A stretch of 64,000 bases of DNA from Fimbriosthenelais zetlandica (lineage: Eukaryota): assembly GCA_977030845.1 (NCBI GenBank), contig OZ365113.1, positions 14,508,001 to 14,572,000 on the forward strand. The letters are read 5' to 3'. This document shows, piece after piece, positions 35,693 to 47,689 of the stretch. Within the stretch, counting starts at the first letter, position 1, and each line of letters starts with the position of its first letter. The notes under the pieces were generated by a model that worked only from the letters and a program-made list of their open reading frames with translations, was not told the DNA's origin and made no database searches. The position numbers and the translations under genes are program-made.

Positions 35693-36708
35693 CTTTGCGA
35701 TATAAGAAATTTTCATTTTAGGAAGTGGAGTCTCATTTGCAATTTGGCAAGATTTCTGCACGAAATTTAAATACAAATATGCGAGTTATTCTATTGTAAG
35801 AATTAATTACTGCTTTTACGATCTCATAAAACAAGTCCGCGATTATAAACAATTAACTTTGTTTTTATTGATTTCCTTTTTGTGCACATTGCCTAACGTT
35901 CAGAATTTTTACAATGATGGAAAAAAGCCAAAAAATATTTGACAGAAAAAATACAAAGGTGAAAAAAATGAAACACTAGGTACAATTTGGTTTTGTTGAT
36001 GTTCTAAAGCGGGTAAAGCGGGAAAATGTTTTAAAAGGGAATGCTCACGTTATGTTCATAAATTTATGTAAGGAACTAATAGGCTATGATAGGCCTATAA
36101 TACCATGCCGGTATACAATACCGGTATTAACTTGCATTACATAAAATGAGATCATATGTAACTTTTTAATCCAATCAATGGTACAATGTTTTTACTTATA
36201 GGCAATCTCATAAGACAGACCTATAAGTACTATCTATAAAAACATCTCCAAATGCCTTCTACTTTCTTGGCATAACACATTAGTGGTTTATGCAGTTTCG
36301 GGAGGAGAGAATGTAAAGTTTAATAAACCGAAGTTTATGTTCTATCAAATATTGATTAGTGTGTTAAACATGTACAAGGAGTCAGAGATCTGCCTGCAAT
36401 TATGAATGACCATACATACCATTTGGAACAATCTGTTTTACAGACTCCCTGTTCAAAATCTCTTCCACACATTCAGATTTGGGGGGTCGTAGTACAAAAA
36501 TAGAATACCAGTTGTGTTAAAAGTATAAAGTAACCTTGGATAATATTTTTAACCATAATTATTGGGACACAATTCTTCAATATTCCACAGGTCCACCTAC
36601 GCAATGTTTGGTGATCAGATATAATGAATGAATGTATGTGATGAACTACCAATGGGTGAACAATGAAACTTTCATGAATGGAAAGATTCCCTAAGGATCA
36701 TGCTCTTA

Positions 36709-39700
36709 CTATAGAACCTTGCGCTTTTCAAATCTCATAGAAAACCAATACAAATAGATCCAGAAAGTGGAGGTGAAGACAAGCTGTGCCAGCCAGCTGC
36801 GCTTCAACATGCTCCCCACCATTGCAAACCCGATTAATGAGGCTATATATTTGATATAGTCATTGGTGTAGTCTTTGCTTTTCCGCTTGCTCTTTTTCTG
36901 GCTGCCGCTGGCTTTGGGAATGTTTGGGGGTCGTGGTGTCTTGGGCTTAGCTTTGCTGTTGCTAGCCTTGGAATTAGAACTTGCCTTCTCTACAAAGACA
37001 TAATTATAAAAACGAGCCTTTTTAAGAAGTTTGCTCCGCTATGCATCCTCTAACTATTCCTAATCTAACGTTACACTGGTGAATATTGCTATTATTTTCC
37101 AAACTTCCAAACTAGAACACTTAAAATACTGGATAGTCATGGAGAAGTAAATAATAAAGATATCCAAGAACTATTAAACAAGAACAGTAAGCACAGATAT
37201 GGAACATGATGCCAGCAGATGCAGCCTTTCCAAAAGTTTCTTGTCCGCATAAATTATATCACAAGACTGCTCGAAGTAAGGAACTAGTCCAATGTCCATG
37301 AAGTTAGCGCAGCCATATTTCAGTTATTTCACATCGGATGGTTAAAAGAAAAAATGTCATGGGATCAGGGGTCACCATGGATCAAGATTATCTGTATTGT
37401 AGGGACAGGATATAGATGCTAGCTTCATGCTTCTTGGTTACCACACACAGATGGTATTTGAGGGACGAGACACGGAAGGTAACTCTTGGCGAGTGTGTCA
37501 ATCAGAAGCAGGTACATGAATGTGTTAAATAATCAGGATTTAAATGTAACAGCAAAATACCGTTGCCCATTCCAATTCAATGGGCTGGAATTGCACTTGA
37601 CATAATTATACCGGAATGATTGTTTATATTTCTGAATGGTGGGGAGACAGAAAAGGCAGGACTGATAAAAAGACAGGCAGAACCTTGGCACCTTAACCAG
37701 GAAGCAAACTACCACACGCCATACACACACTATCCAAATAAAGCACACACGACTTTAAATGACATAGAACATTAAACTGTAATACATACTATTGAAAAAA
37801 GATAAACAAATTAAAACAACTAATGGTAATACGAAATTAAAAATACCAGAACCAGTGTTACATGTAAATGTTAGAAAGAAAGTTGTAACAGAAACTGACC
37901 TTTTTTCTTTACGCAACCATCATCTTTCTTCACATAACCATCAGCGCAGGAACACTTATAACTTCCCACTGTATTGGAGCAGGTTTGTCCCTCTTCCAGG
38001 CAAACAGTTCCCCGACTGCATTCATCCTCATCTGGGAAGAATATACGATAGGTTTACAACCAATTAAATTTGTGAAGTAACTCACGAGAGAAAGATAGTT
38101 ACCAAAACATTAATTCTGGCGTTTAATAAATGGAGAATGGATCTTGCGAATTAGTAAATTGCCACAAAAATGGCATAAATCATAAGAAAGGAAAATCATC
38201 AGGCACATACCCACACAGGATGTCTCATCACCGTTAAGCTGGGCCATGAACCCTGACGCACAGGCTGAACATTTACTCGGTCCTGAACCAATACAACCAT
38301 CACACGCACTATGGCAACCTGAAAATCATGTTTAAGGATATATTTGGTTACTTATTTTTGAAACTAGGTATTTTATTATCGATTATTCCTAATTTCAGTT
38401 CAAATTATTCATATATTTTAAGCATTTTCGGAAAAATATCCCTTAGCTCTGTTATAGCCTAAAGAACTTACCATGACAGCGATATGAACCTAGATTATTA
38501 ACGCAGTATTGATTATTTCGACATGGAGAATTATCCGCCTGGCACTCGTTGACATCTGGAACATGATACAGATAATTATATAGAAAGTTGCTTCCAAACT
38601 TTTATATTACTATACATTGTACTGTTCACATAATACTTTCTAGATAATGTTCTTTCAATCATTCTGATATTTCTTTTGTCAAAACCTACAAAATATAATT
38701 TATTACCTGCACATGCATTATCTTGCTGAATCCAACCAGAACGACATTCAGTACAGTGATCAGGACCTCCTCCACTACAACCCTCACATGCTGCATGACA
38801 CTCTGAAATGTAACCAGAACATTTATGCATTACATGTAATCGGGAATACCAAACACCCAACCGAACGTGAGCATAAAATGTAAGTGATAAAAGGCTAACC
38901 TTTACAGCTGTCTTCCTCTCTATAATAGTTCTTAGCACATTCCTGGCAGCTGTCACTTCCACCGCCAGTACATCCTACACAAGCTGAGTTGCATGCTAAA
39001 TAAAAAATAATTGAAATGTTAATGATTATTTAATTAAGATAAAACTATTTTAAATATCAATATATATCATTATAAAAACGTGAATCTACAGAAACCTTAC
39101 CCTCACATGTATAGGAGCCCACTGTGTTACTGCAATACTGGTTGTCTTTACATTTCATAGGATCAGCAGCACATTCGTCGATGTCTGTTGATTAATGCAA
39201 TGATACAAAAGAGATCATAAAAAGTTATTAATCATGGAAATTATAGGACTGATACATGCAACCATGTTGGTTCTATATGTATAGTTTATGTATGATCAAT
39301 ACAGTAGCCACAAATAACAGAGATGTATTGAGATATCTCGGTTAAATTCACCTATACAGCCCTCCGTGTCATTCTCATCCCAGCCAGTCTTACACGAGTC
39401 GCAACCTTTCGGTCCTTCTCCAGAGCAGGAGTCCTCACAAGATTGATCACATTCTGTAAACAATTAAAAACACTGAGATATAATCCATATAATTCACCCC
39501 ACCCCCACCCCGCGACCACCCACCTCAATAACATACCAATTCAGGAATTACATGTAATTTAAATGAAAAATGATACATGAATTCTTCATTCATTAAATAC
39601 AACAAGCTGGAGATAAAGGCTTACCCCGGCAGGTGAATGTGTCAGTTGACTTGTCTTCATAGTAACTAGAATCACAGGTGCTGCAGGTCTCGCCCGTATA

Positions 39701-42169
39701 ACCATCGTCACACTCACATTTACCGGAGCCCTCTCTGGTGCCGGTTCCCTGCAAAGTCAGCCATTCATATTGAATTAACAGTTTTCCCTGACCGGATTGT
39801 AAAATTCCATTTAAATCCTTTATAATGCAATTGTTTTAATATACTTTAGTGAAAAACATACATCACATTTTCCACGACCGCTACATATGTTGTCTCCCCC
39901 GGGGCAAGCAGAGCAGGTCGGCCCGAAGGTTCCATCCGGACAGCATGCTAAAAATAAATTACAAAAACAGGAAATAAAATATTGAATACAAAACAAACTG
40001 GCAAGTTAGAAAAGTCTAATACCTTGTACTTAATTTAGATAATTTAGAATTTACTTACCGCCTTCCACTCTGTTAACACAGAAGTATGTGAACAGATCGG
40101 TATCCTTTTGCTTAGAAAAATGGTTAAACCACCATTGTTCAAGAAACTTTTCATTATGTTCCATCATTCGGTTACACTGAAGAAAAAGGTCATATACGTT
40201 ATGATACATATTTATAAAGCTTTAGCATATATCAAGAAATGTACAAGATTACGTCAAAAGCCATAAAACACAGGAGAAATCTGCCATGCAAAATTGTGAG
40301 GCATTGAAGGTCAAAGAGGCCTAATAAAAGTCAAGAAGGTTGTACGACATAATATTACGTAGAAGGACATACAATAGAATTTCAGTGCAGGGAAAAAGCA
40401 CAATAGTGTCAATTATCATGTGTGAAATAGTTCATCATTAACAAGACCATATATTAAAATATATACTTTTGTAGTAAAAATTGTCAAAATATAAAGTAAA
40501 AGGCACACATTCATTTCCCAAGGCACATCTACTATACAAATAGACCCTTTGTTGGTTGAGCGTGAGACCCGTCTAGTGCGTAAATATATACTCGAGCGCG
40601 TGAGCGCGAGAGTATATACGCACTAGACGGGGCGAACGCGAAACCAACAAAGGGTCTAATTGCTTTAGTCCCCGGCACACATTTAACCCCTTCACCTGTC
40701 ATCGATACAGAACTTTTAATGCCATAAATCATGTTTTATTAACCATTTCCTTCACCTGTCTCCTAACATTGTCATACCTTGTTCACAAGCCTGTATGTAC
40801 CCTGTGTGCTCATGTCCTAACTTTTCCACTCATGACCCACTTCAAGTCTTCCACACACCGAAGCACCCCTCTCCTGGTCAGTACACACAATAACCAACAC
40901 CACTGTCATCCCCGAATCCTCGATACAATGTCAATTTGGATGGCTGGAACTTCACCAATTGACCATTGTCTTCCTCTTGATGCTGTACTATGAGTGATAT
41001 TGTTATTCTATGGGTGGTATAGACAATGGTAAATGAATGACAGGCAACCAACACAAGTCCCACGTCATGCTTACTATCCTATCACTTGCCTCACCTCACC
41101 ACTGATGCACTTGTCCCTGCTCTCCTCCACAGGGCCAACACACCTACCGACTCCTATACATCCACCTCTGCCAAACCTACCCACCCCTCCTGCTTATGTA
41201 GGTCAAACAGACATACTCTTCATATTTACATGACTTCATTCCTCTCATTATCCCTCAAGCACGATATTCCATTTATAATCCTAGTACAGCGAAGTATAAC
41301 GCTATTGACACATCTCCTTCACTGCAAATATGTACGATTATCATTAGCTACTTTCATTTTACACACACACTACCACCCTAAGTCCTCTCTCCCACTGCCT
41401 GGTCCTGACATGAGTCAGCTGCACCCTTCGTCCTTATCTAGGTCAAACACGGCCGATTTCATTGGTTCACGAGCGGTCATATATACTCTCATAATGACCA
41501 CCTACTTACTGAAATATTGACCTCCCAGAGCCTCAGAGGGGACTAAATTAGAGTTTATACCTTGTTCAAGGTCTGCTGGGAAAAGATAAGTTATATTCAG
41601 ATCATTTCATTATACCAAATACAAATATAGATTCACAATGTTTGTGTTTCTAGAAGTGGATATAATCAAGGAAATTACTCACATCCTTATCATGATCGGT
41701 GCACAGTTCTTCTGTGATTTCAACCAAGCGAGTCTCACTGAAAAAAAGAAGTGAAAACATTGAGCAACTTAAACAGTTCTAGTATTTAAACTATTATCTA
41801 AGGTCTTTTCTAGTACATGCCCACAATGTTTAGTTCAGATACTAAGGAATAATTTATTTGGCTTTGACATATTCATAGAGTACATGAAACAAGCTATTAC
41901 CTTGTGGCATAAACGCCCAATTTCTTCTCTTCCCATTGTGTGTTTCCTCCTCCAAAATTCTGCTTGTCGGTTTTTTCTATACCCTAAACAAGTGATCAAA
42001 CATAATACTTTACTCTTCTACAACTAAATGAATATCTCTGGAGGACCTATAAGAAGACCTATGGTTGGCTTTCCCTATAAGAAGAAATGTAGCTCGGTTC
42101 TCACCTTTTGGAAGTTTTTCACGATATCTGTGCATATCTCACAAGCTTGTTTATCATAGGTAACCGCAA
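36709..42169 (-). CDS. CRELD: CRELD module B (DUF3456/WE domain + EGF/furin repeats) with two-TM terminal exon
   Basis: Exons encode [62 protein letters not shown], then FU-EGF-FU-FU-EGF-FU-EGF. Terminal exon 36989-36709 has two hydrophobic helices and ends RFEKRKVL*. No convincing signal-peptide exon of its own. Confidence 0.9.
40541..40658. mobile_element. 118-bp fold-back element (MITE-like)
   Basis: Arms TAGACCCTTTGTTGGTT...CCCGTCTAGTGCGTA...TATACTC are mirrored as reverse complement at the right end; nearly the whole element pairs. Confidence 0.75.
40664..41547. mobile_element. Possible non-autonomous element with 10-bp terminal inverted repeats
   Basis: TTTAGTCCCC (40664-40673) and GGGGACTAAA (41538-41547) bound a C/A-skewed noncoding segment that makes this the longest intron in module B. 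No TSD confirmed. Confidence 0.35.
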
Positions 42170-42395
42170 CTGTAGGGAATAAGACAATGTGTCCCCACAT
42201 TATAAACTATGCATAACAAGTATATTACTAATTTTCATATTCCATATTTCATAATAAGACCTGTGTAGCCTACTGGAGCCCCATGCTGGGCCCAGCTAAG
42301 GCGGGAAGACCAGTGCACCGGCGCTGATGCCATTTATTTAGCTGGCTAAATATTCAATGAAAAAAAAAAGAAAAGAAAATAAGACCAAAACGTAC

Positions 42396-45300
42396 CTTTT
42401 TGTTTTCGTTCACATTTGTTTCCTCTTCGTATGTATCCCTTCATACACACACAGTTAAAGCTGCCCTCTGTGTTCACACACTTCTCACGTTCACCTTCAC
42501 ACACCTTCTCTGCCATCAAGCATTCATCTACATCTAGAAATGAGAAAGATTAAATGGTGAGTATCCAGGACATGATCAATGATCAAGGCTGTTGACATAA
42601 TACCTCAATCTCACGGCTTTTTACTTCCAGTTCAATTATGGTTGTTGGGGAGAAAGCTACAAAATATATTTTTTATATTAATATTGGTGATGTGATACCT
42701 TGACATGCGCTAGATTCTGGATTCATCTGATAGCCTTCAGCACACGCGGTGCAACTCTCTCTACTGGTACATGCTCTACACGACACAGCGCAATCTGTGT
42801 AAATAAGTAGGAGAAAGAACAATTTTAAACGAACAAATATAAAATTGAAGTTATGAAGCTCAAATCACTTGTGAGTCATCGTATCGAAATTATATGAGAT
42901 AAAATCTGGGCGAGGTTTAATTTAATCTGTTTTATCCAGAGTTAATCAATTTTACTAACTGGTGCATGTAAAGGAACCAATGATGTTCACACAATACTGG
43001 TTCGCAGCACAAGATGATGTATCAGCTTCACATTCATTCAAATCTGGAAATTTAAAAATAGAGTTAGGCACCATTTCTTTTTGGAACTCATTTGTAATAT
43101 TTAGGCAGCAGTTCCTCGGTACTGAAAGGCCCACCTATAGACCATCTTCCAAGGAATTTAGTTGGAACTTATTTGGCCCTTACCTTCACAAGTTCCTTCA
43201 TTTTTTACATATCCAGTTCGACATTCGTCACAAGACTGAGGCCCGGGTCCGTTACAAGAAGATTCACATGAAGCATGACAAGCTGCAAAAATGTAGGCCT
43301 ATATATTAGGATTTTCATTCATAAAATATTTGTTTCCGGAATAAAAAATAAAACACTTTTCGTCATAGATTATTTATATTTAATATCTAAATAAAAGGTA
43401 AAACACTTGTTAGGGAAGTAGCTGGTTCCAAAAGAACACAAACTTCATTACCTTTGCAGGAATCCCCGTCTTTATAATAGTTTTCTTTACACTCGACGCA
43501 TTTCGAATGGCCAAATCCTGTACATCCCTGACACGCCGAATCACAGGCTGCAAAAGTTTTACATTTTCTCAAATGATTTACTTTGAATTTCCATGTATAC
43601 ATGTATTTTGCAATTGTCTAACAAAAATGTACATGTATGTAAGGATATATATTCTTTCATGCACCACCAAAATATTCCTGATTTAATTTCTAATCGACAA
43701 GATTTTGATGAGCAAATCCGAACAAAAAATAAATAAAATGTCCCACCTTCGCATTCATAAGAACCGGGAGAATTTCTGCAGAATTTATTATCGGGACAAA
43801 TTTTGTGGTCCACATCATCTTGACATTCGTCTACATCTTCGCAGGCGTCATCAGAGTTTTGTCTCCAGCCACTCTTACAGTCGTGACAGCCGTCTGGTCC
43901 CTCTTTGTGACATCCTCCATCACAGGCTGTGTGACACTCTGTTATATAAAGACAAAAATTCTCAATTGAAGGCATTACAATTAGGGTTATGTTCTCCTTT
44001 TTTTCTTGCACAAATATTTTGTTTTTTACAAAGCATTTTAAATTGATTCAAGACAACAAGGAAAGTCTAAGAGAAACAAGTTTCCTACGTTCGCAGCTAA
44101 GATGTGAATCATTACGAAAAGATTCATAATATCCTTCCTTGCACTCATCACACAGGTCGCCCTCATAACCCGAATCACAGTCACATTTCCCGGAGCCCTC
44201 TCGTGTTCCTGCGCCCTGCAAAAGAACAGTGGATTTCTACATTGAAATTTTCCAATAATGTCCACACATTGATACAGCATTTCATGTGGATCAATTCGTG
44301 AGATAAAAGAGTTCTTGTCAATTACTTTCCTATCCGAAACCTGCCCCCACCCATTTCGGCAGAAACTAACTTACATTGCACTTGCCGTTTCCATTACAAG
44401 GTCGTTCTGATTTGCCAGGACAGGGCTGACAGTCTGGTCCCCAAGCCCCAGGATGACAACAAACTGAAATATATATATATAAAAAAATAGAACTTAGCCG
44501 GCTGGTTTGGGTTAGAATAAATTAAAGATTCATAATAATTAGGATCCATGAACATACTGAGAGCTAATCACGAAGTAAAATTATAAATTAGTAGGCCAAC
44601 TCTGATAACTCTACAGCAATTAGGGCCTGCACAGTACACTGTAGTATGTATGATATTCACCTTTAGCAAGATTAACGCATAAATATTGGAGCAGATTCCT
44701 ATCTTTTCCTTTCGCAAATAGTTTAAACCACCAATGTTCAATTTGTTCCTCATATTCTTCAATGAAGTTGTGACACTGCAATAAAAAATATTCAGTTAAC
44801 AAATGTTGAAATATTTCTCTACCAATCTGTTCGATTCCATTCCTAGTACGAGTAAAAGATAGGGTTTCTTCAGTATCATTAAAAATTGTTTTTTATTACA
44901 TTACGGTACAATAAAAGAATATGTATACTGTAGGCCTACATAGCATATAATATAGTCAACTGATACTACTCACATCATGGTCAGAACTGGTGCAGAGGTT
45001 CTCCGTTATTTCAATAAATCGGGTTTCACTGCAAGATAACAGGGCCTTTCTTATACACGAGGACACTTTAAATAGAAAGACTAGGGACACAAATGCATAA
45101 AAATGGGATACCGGTACATTGAGTATATATCATTTTTTCCAAAGTTTTTCCAGGATATATGGAAGGTGATGACCAGCAAGGACGCACGCCTTCGTCTATT
45201 CAACATTATGATTATTCGATGATTATAGGCCTTAGGTACCTATACACCGGTAGCCTAGGCTCCAGACAACAGTGACAACTAATAAACTAAAAGTAGAATG

Positions 45301-45819
45301 ATAACCATACCGTACCTAAACTGATAACTGCCAAGACTCTTCTCTTCCCAATGGGTATTTCCTCCGCCGAAATTTGATTTCGCCGTCTTATTAAAACCCT
45401 GCATTCACAAAAGCAACAAATAAGACAAGATTTAATCTACTTACACCTAAAGTTATTCAAATAAATCTTGGCATGTATATATAGGCCTAAGTTAAATAGA
45501 CGTAGGCCGGTTGGTGAATAACATAGGCCTATCAAAATAAAATCATTATTATATTGGACTGAGTAGGCCTATAGATAGATAAAATATCCATCCCTGTGTG
45601 TAATCGAGCAAGGAGCCGATCATAATTGTCTAGCCTATAGACAATAATAACGTTAGTTAATAGCCAAGCCTGAGGCCCTATACTTACCTCAAGAAACTTT
45701 TCTGTTATGTCACTACAAACACTGCATCGTGGCTTTTTGTTTTTACATTCTGCTTGTTGAATAATTAATATTATGCTTCCCAAAATGAGGAAGTACAATT
45801 TAATTCTTGGGATAGTCAT
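42396..45819 (-). CDS. CRELD: CRELD module A (signal peptide + DUF3456/WE domain + EGF/furin repeats)
   Basis: [25 protein letters not shown] signal peptide, [79 protein letters not shown]. The last exon ends at a phase-1 GT donor (42395) rather than a stop. Confidence 0.92.
45577..45633 (+). repeat. Dispersed short repeat, copy 3
   Basis: AGATAAAATATCCATCCC...GTGTAA...AAGGAGCCGATCATAATTGTCTAG in CRELD intron 1. Confidence 0.65.
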
Positions 45820-46316
45820 GGCTTGGTTTAGACCAAATGGTCTACTGCCTGGTGTTGAGAATGATCTGTTCTGGAGTCCAGCTCCACACTGTCGAGATTG
45901 ATGAGAAGTGATGACCACTAGGCCTATATCGAGTGACGCACAACTTCAGTATCCATATATATATATGTGACAAACAAGCAATGTCTAGAAAGAAAGAGGG
46001 AAAACAGACAATGAGATTTTTCAATACATCGTTGATGCCGGAGACACCGGCTCGCACCTTCCGCTAGCGGCCGGTGCACCCGGGCCGGTGCGGCCGCTGA
46101 TGGAAACGAGAAAGGCTAATATTGTACCAGTACCCTAACCTCCAAAATTAATAGGCCCATCTGAGTTACAATTAATGTAAATAGTGATTACCTGTTGTTA
46201 CTTCAACTTTAGAAAAGGCAATTATACTTACTAAGTGTGTATTTGATGTAAATGTCTAATGCTGATGTGTCCTGCCAGCAGTTTCTCTGACAAGTCCGCC
46301 ATGTTAGATAAACCAG

Positions 46317-46335
46317 CCAATCACGTCTCGCCACG
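46317..46335 (+). promoter_or_regulatory. ER stress response element (ERSE-I), exact consensus
   Basis: CCAAT-CACGTCTCG-CCACG = CCAAT-N9-CCACG, ~500 bp upstream of the CRELD ATG in a GC-rich patch. Confidence 0.8.
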
Positions 46336-47689
46336 ATCGGTTGAGCTGAAAACCTGTAGGTGGCGCGCCAGAGCTTGAAGAGTTTCGCGCGCAAGAGGTT
46401 CGCCTGTTTTCAGAGCTTTGGTACAAATTTCTAGGCCTATAATAGGCTATATAGGCCTACCTATTCCATTTTTTTTCTAATGTTTGTTTATATTATATAG
46501 TGGGGACTGATTTACTTGCATAGGCATACATACTCGTCACGGGCCCCGTAAACCACCCTCCACTAGCAGGGCCAGAACTGCTGTAGGCACACAAGTTGGC
46601 AGACGGCCTACTAGGCTCTATATGATTTGGTGGATGTGGATACAACGAGGTACATCTGAATTGGCCTACCCCCAACAACAATTTTGACAGTGTAGGCCTA
46701 GGCCTATATTTTAAGTGTTATTCGAAGTGTCTATTTGTGGGCCTAGGCCTAGGCCTAGTTAATGAAAACCCATGATTGCTATTCCAGACGAGTTGTTGAA
46801 GGTCGGTAATGGGCTGTTTTAAAGAAGTGCTAGAGCATTAGGCATAGCCTACTACTTCTACTCCTGTACAGTATTCAAATTAACCGAACAGATCATTTCA
46901 CAAAATCGGATGCAAAAGGGGGAATCTGAGAGAAACTGATACAGATTTATAACTGTATAGTAATATTTTGCGTTATGATGAATTACAATGGGGAAAGTGT
47001 TGATCTGAGGGTGAGAATATTGATTGGCGGCAGAATCGACTTCCGTATGGATGTACGTATATATTGCGCAGGGATCTTATTAAATTATGCATTGCATTTG
47101 CACTAAGAAAGGGCCGCTATATAGAAGGGTTTCACATGGCAACTACACAACACTACAGATCAGATAGTATAAGTATCAGTTCATCTTTACAAGGCCTACA
47201 CCAAATGTACTCTTGGCCATTTGCTGTTTTAAACTAACTGCATTGGGATAAATTACTTACATTTTGAAGACATTTTATTTTTTACAGGTATGTACAAGTT
47301 GACTTATATTAGGCTATAGGTCTTTCCATAATACCGTCTGGTTCAATTGGTCATGTTGGCAATCTTTTTTCAATCGTTTTCATATTAAGTGCATTTAACA
47401 GGAGTATGAACTTGAAATGAAATATTAAACCATTTCGGTAATTATGAGTGCCTTAAAAATGTAGCCAGTTTATACAGGTATTGTCAAGAAGCACTTTTTG
47501 GGCCGATATAAACTATTGTATCTTCATTTGGAATGACCCTGATATAAATGTGAAATTTGTTGAACCATATTTTATGATTTCTTATAAAACTGGTATTGAG
47601 TGATCAAGCTTATACCCAATGAAGAAATTAATAAAACAATGTCTTGTCTCTGTGCAGAGAGTCAGTCTACTTGACTGTACATCGTGAAG

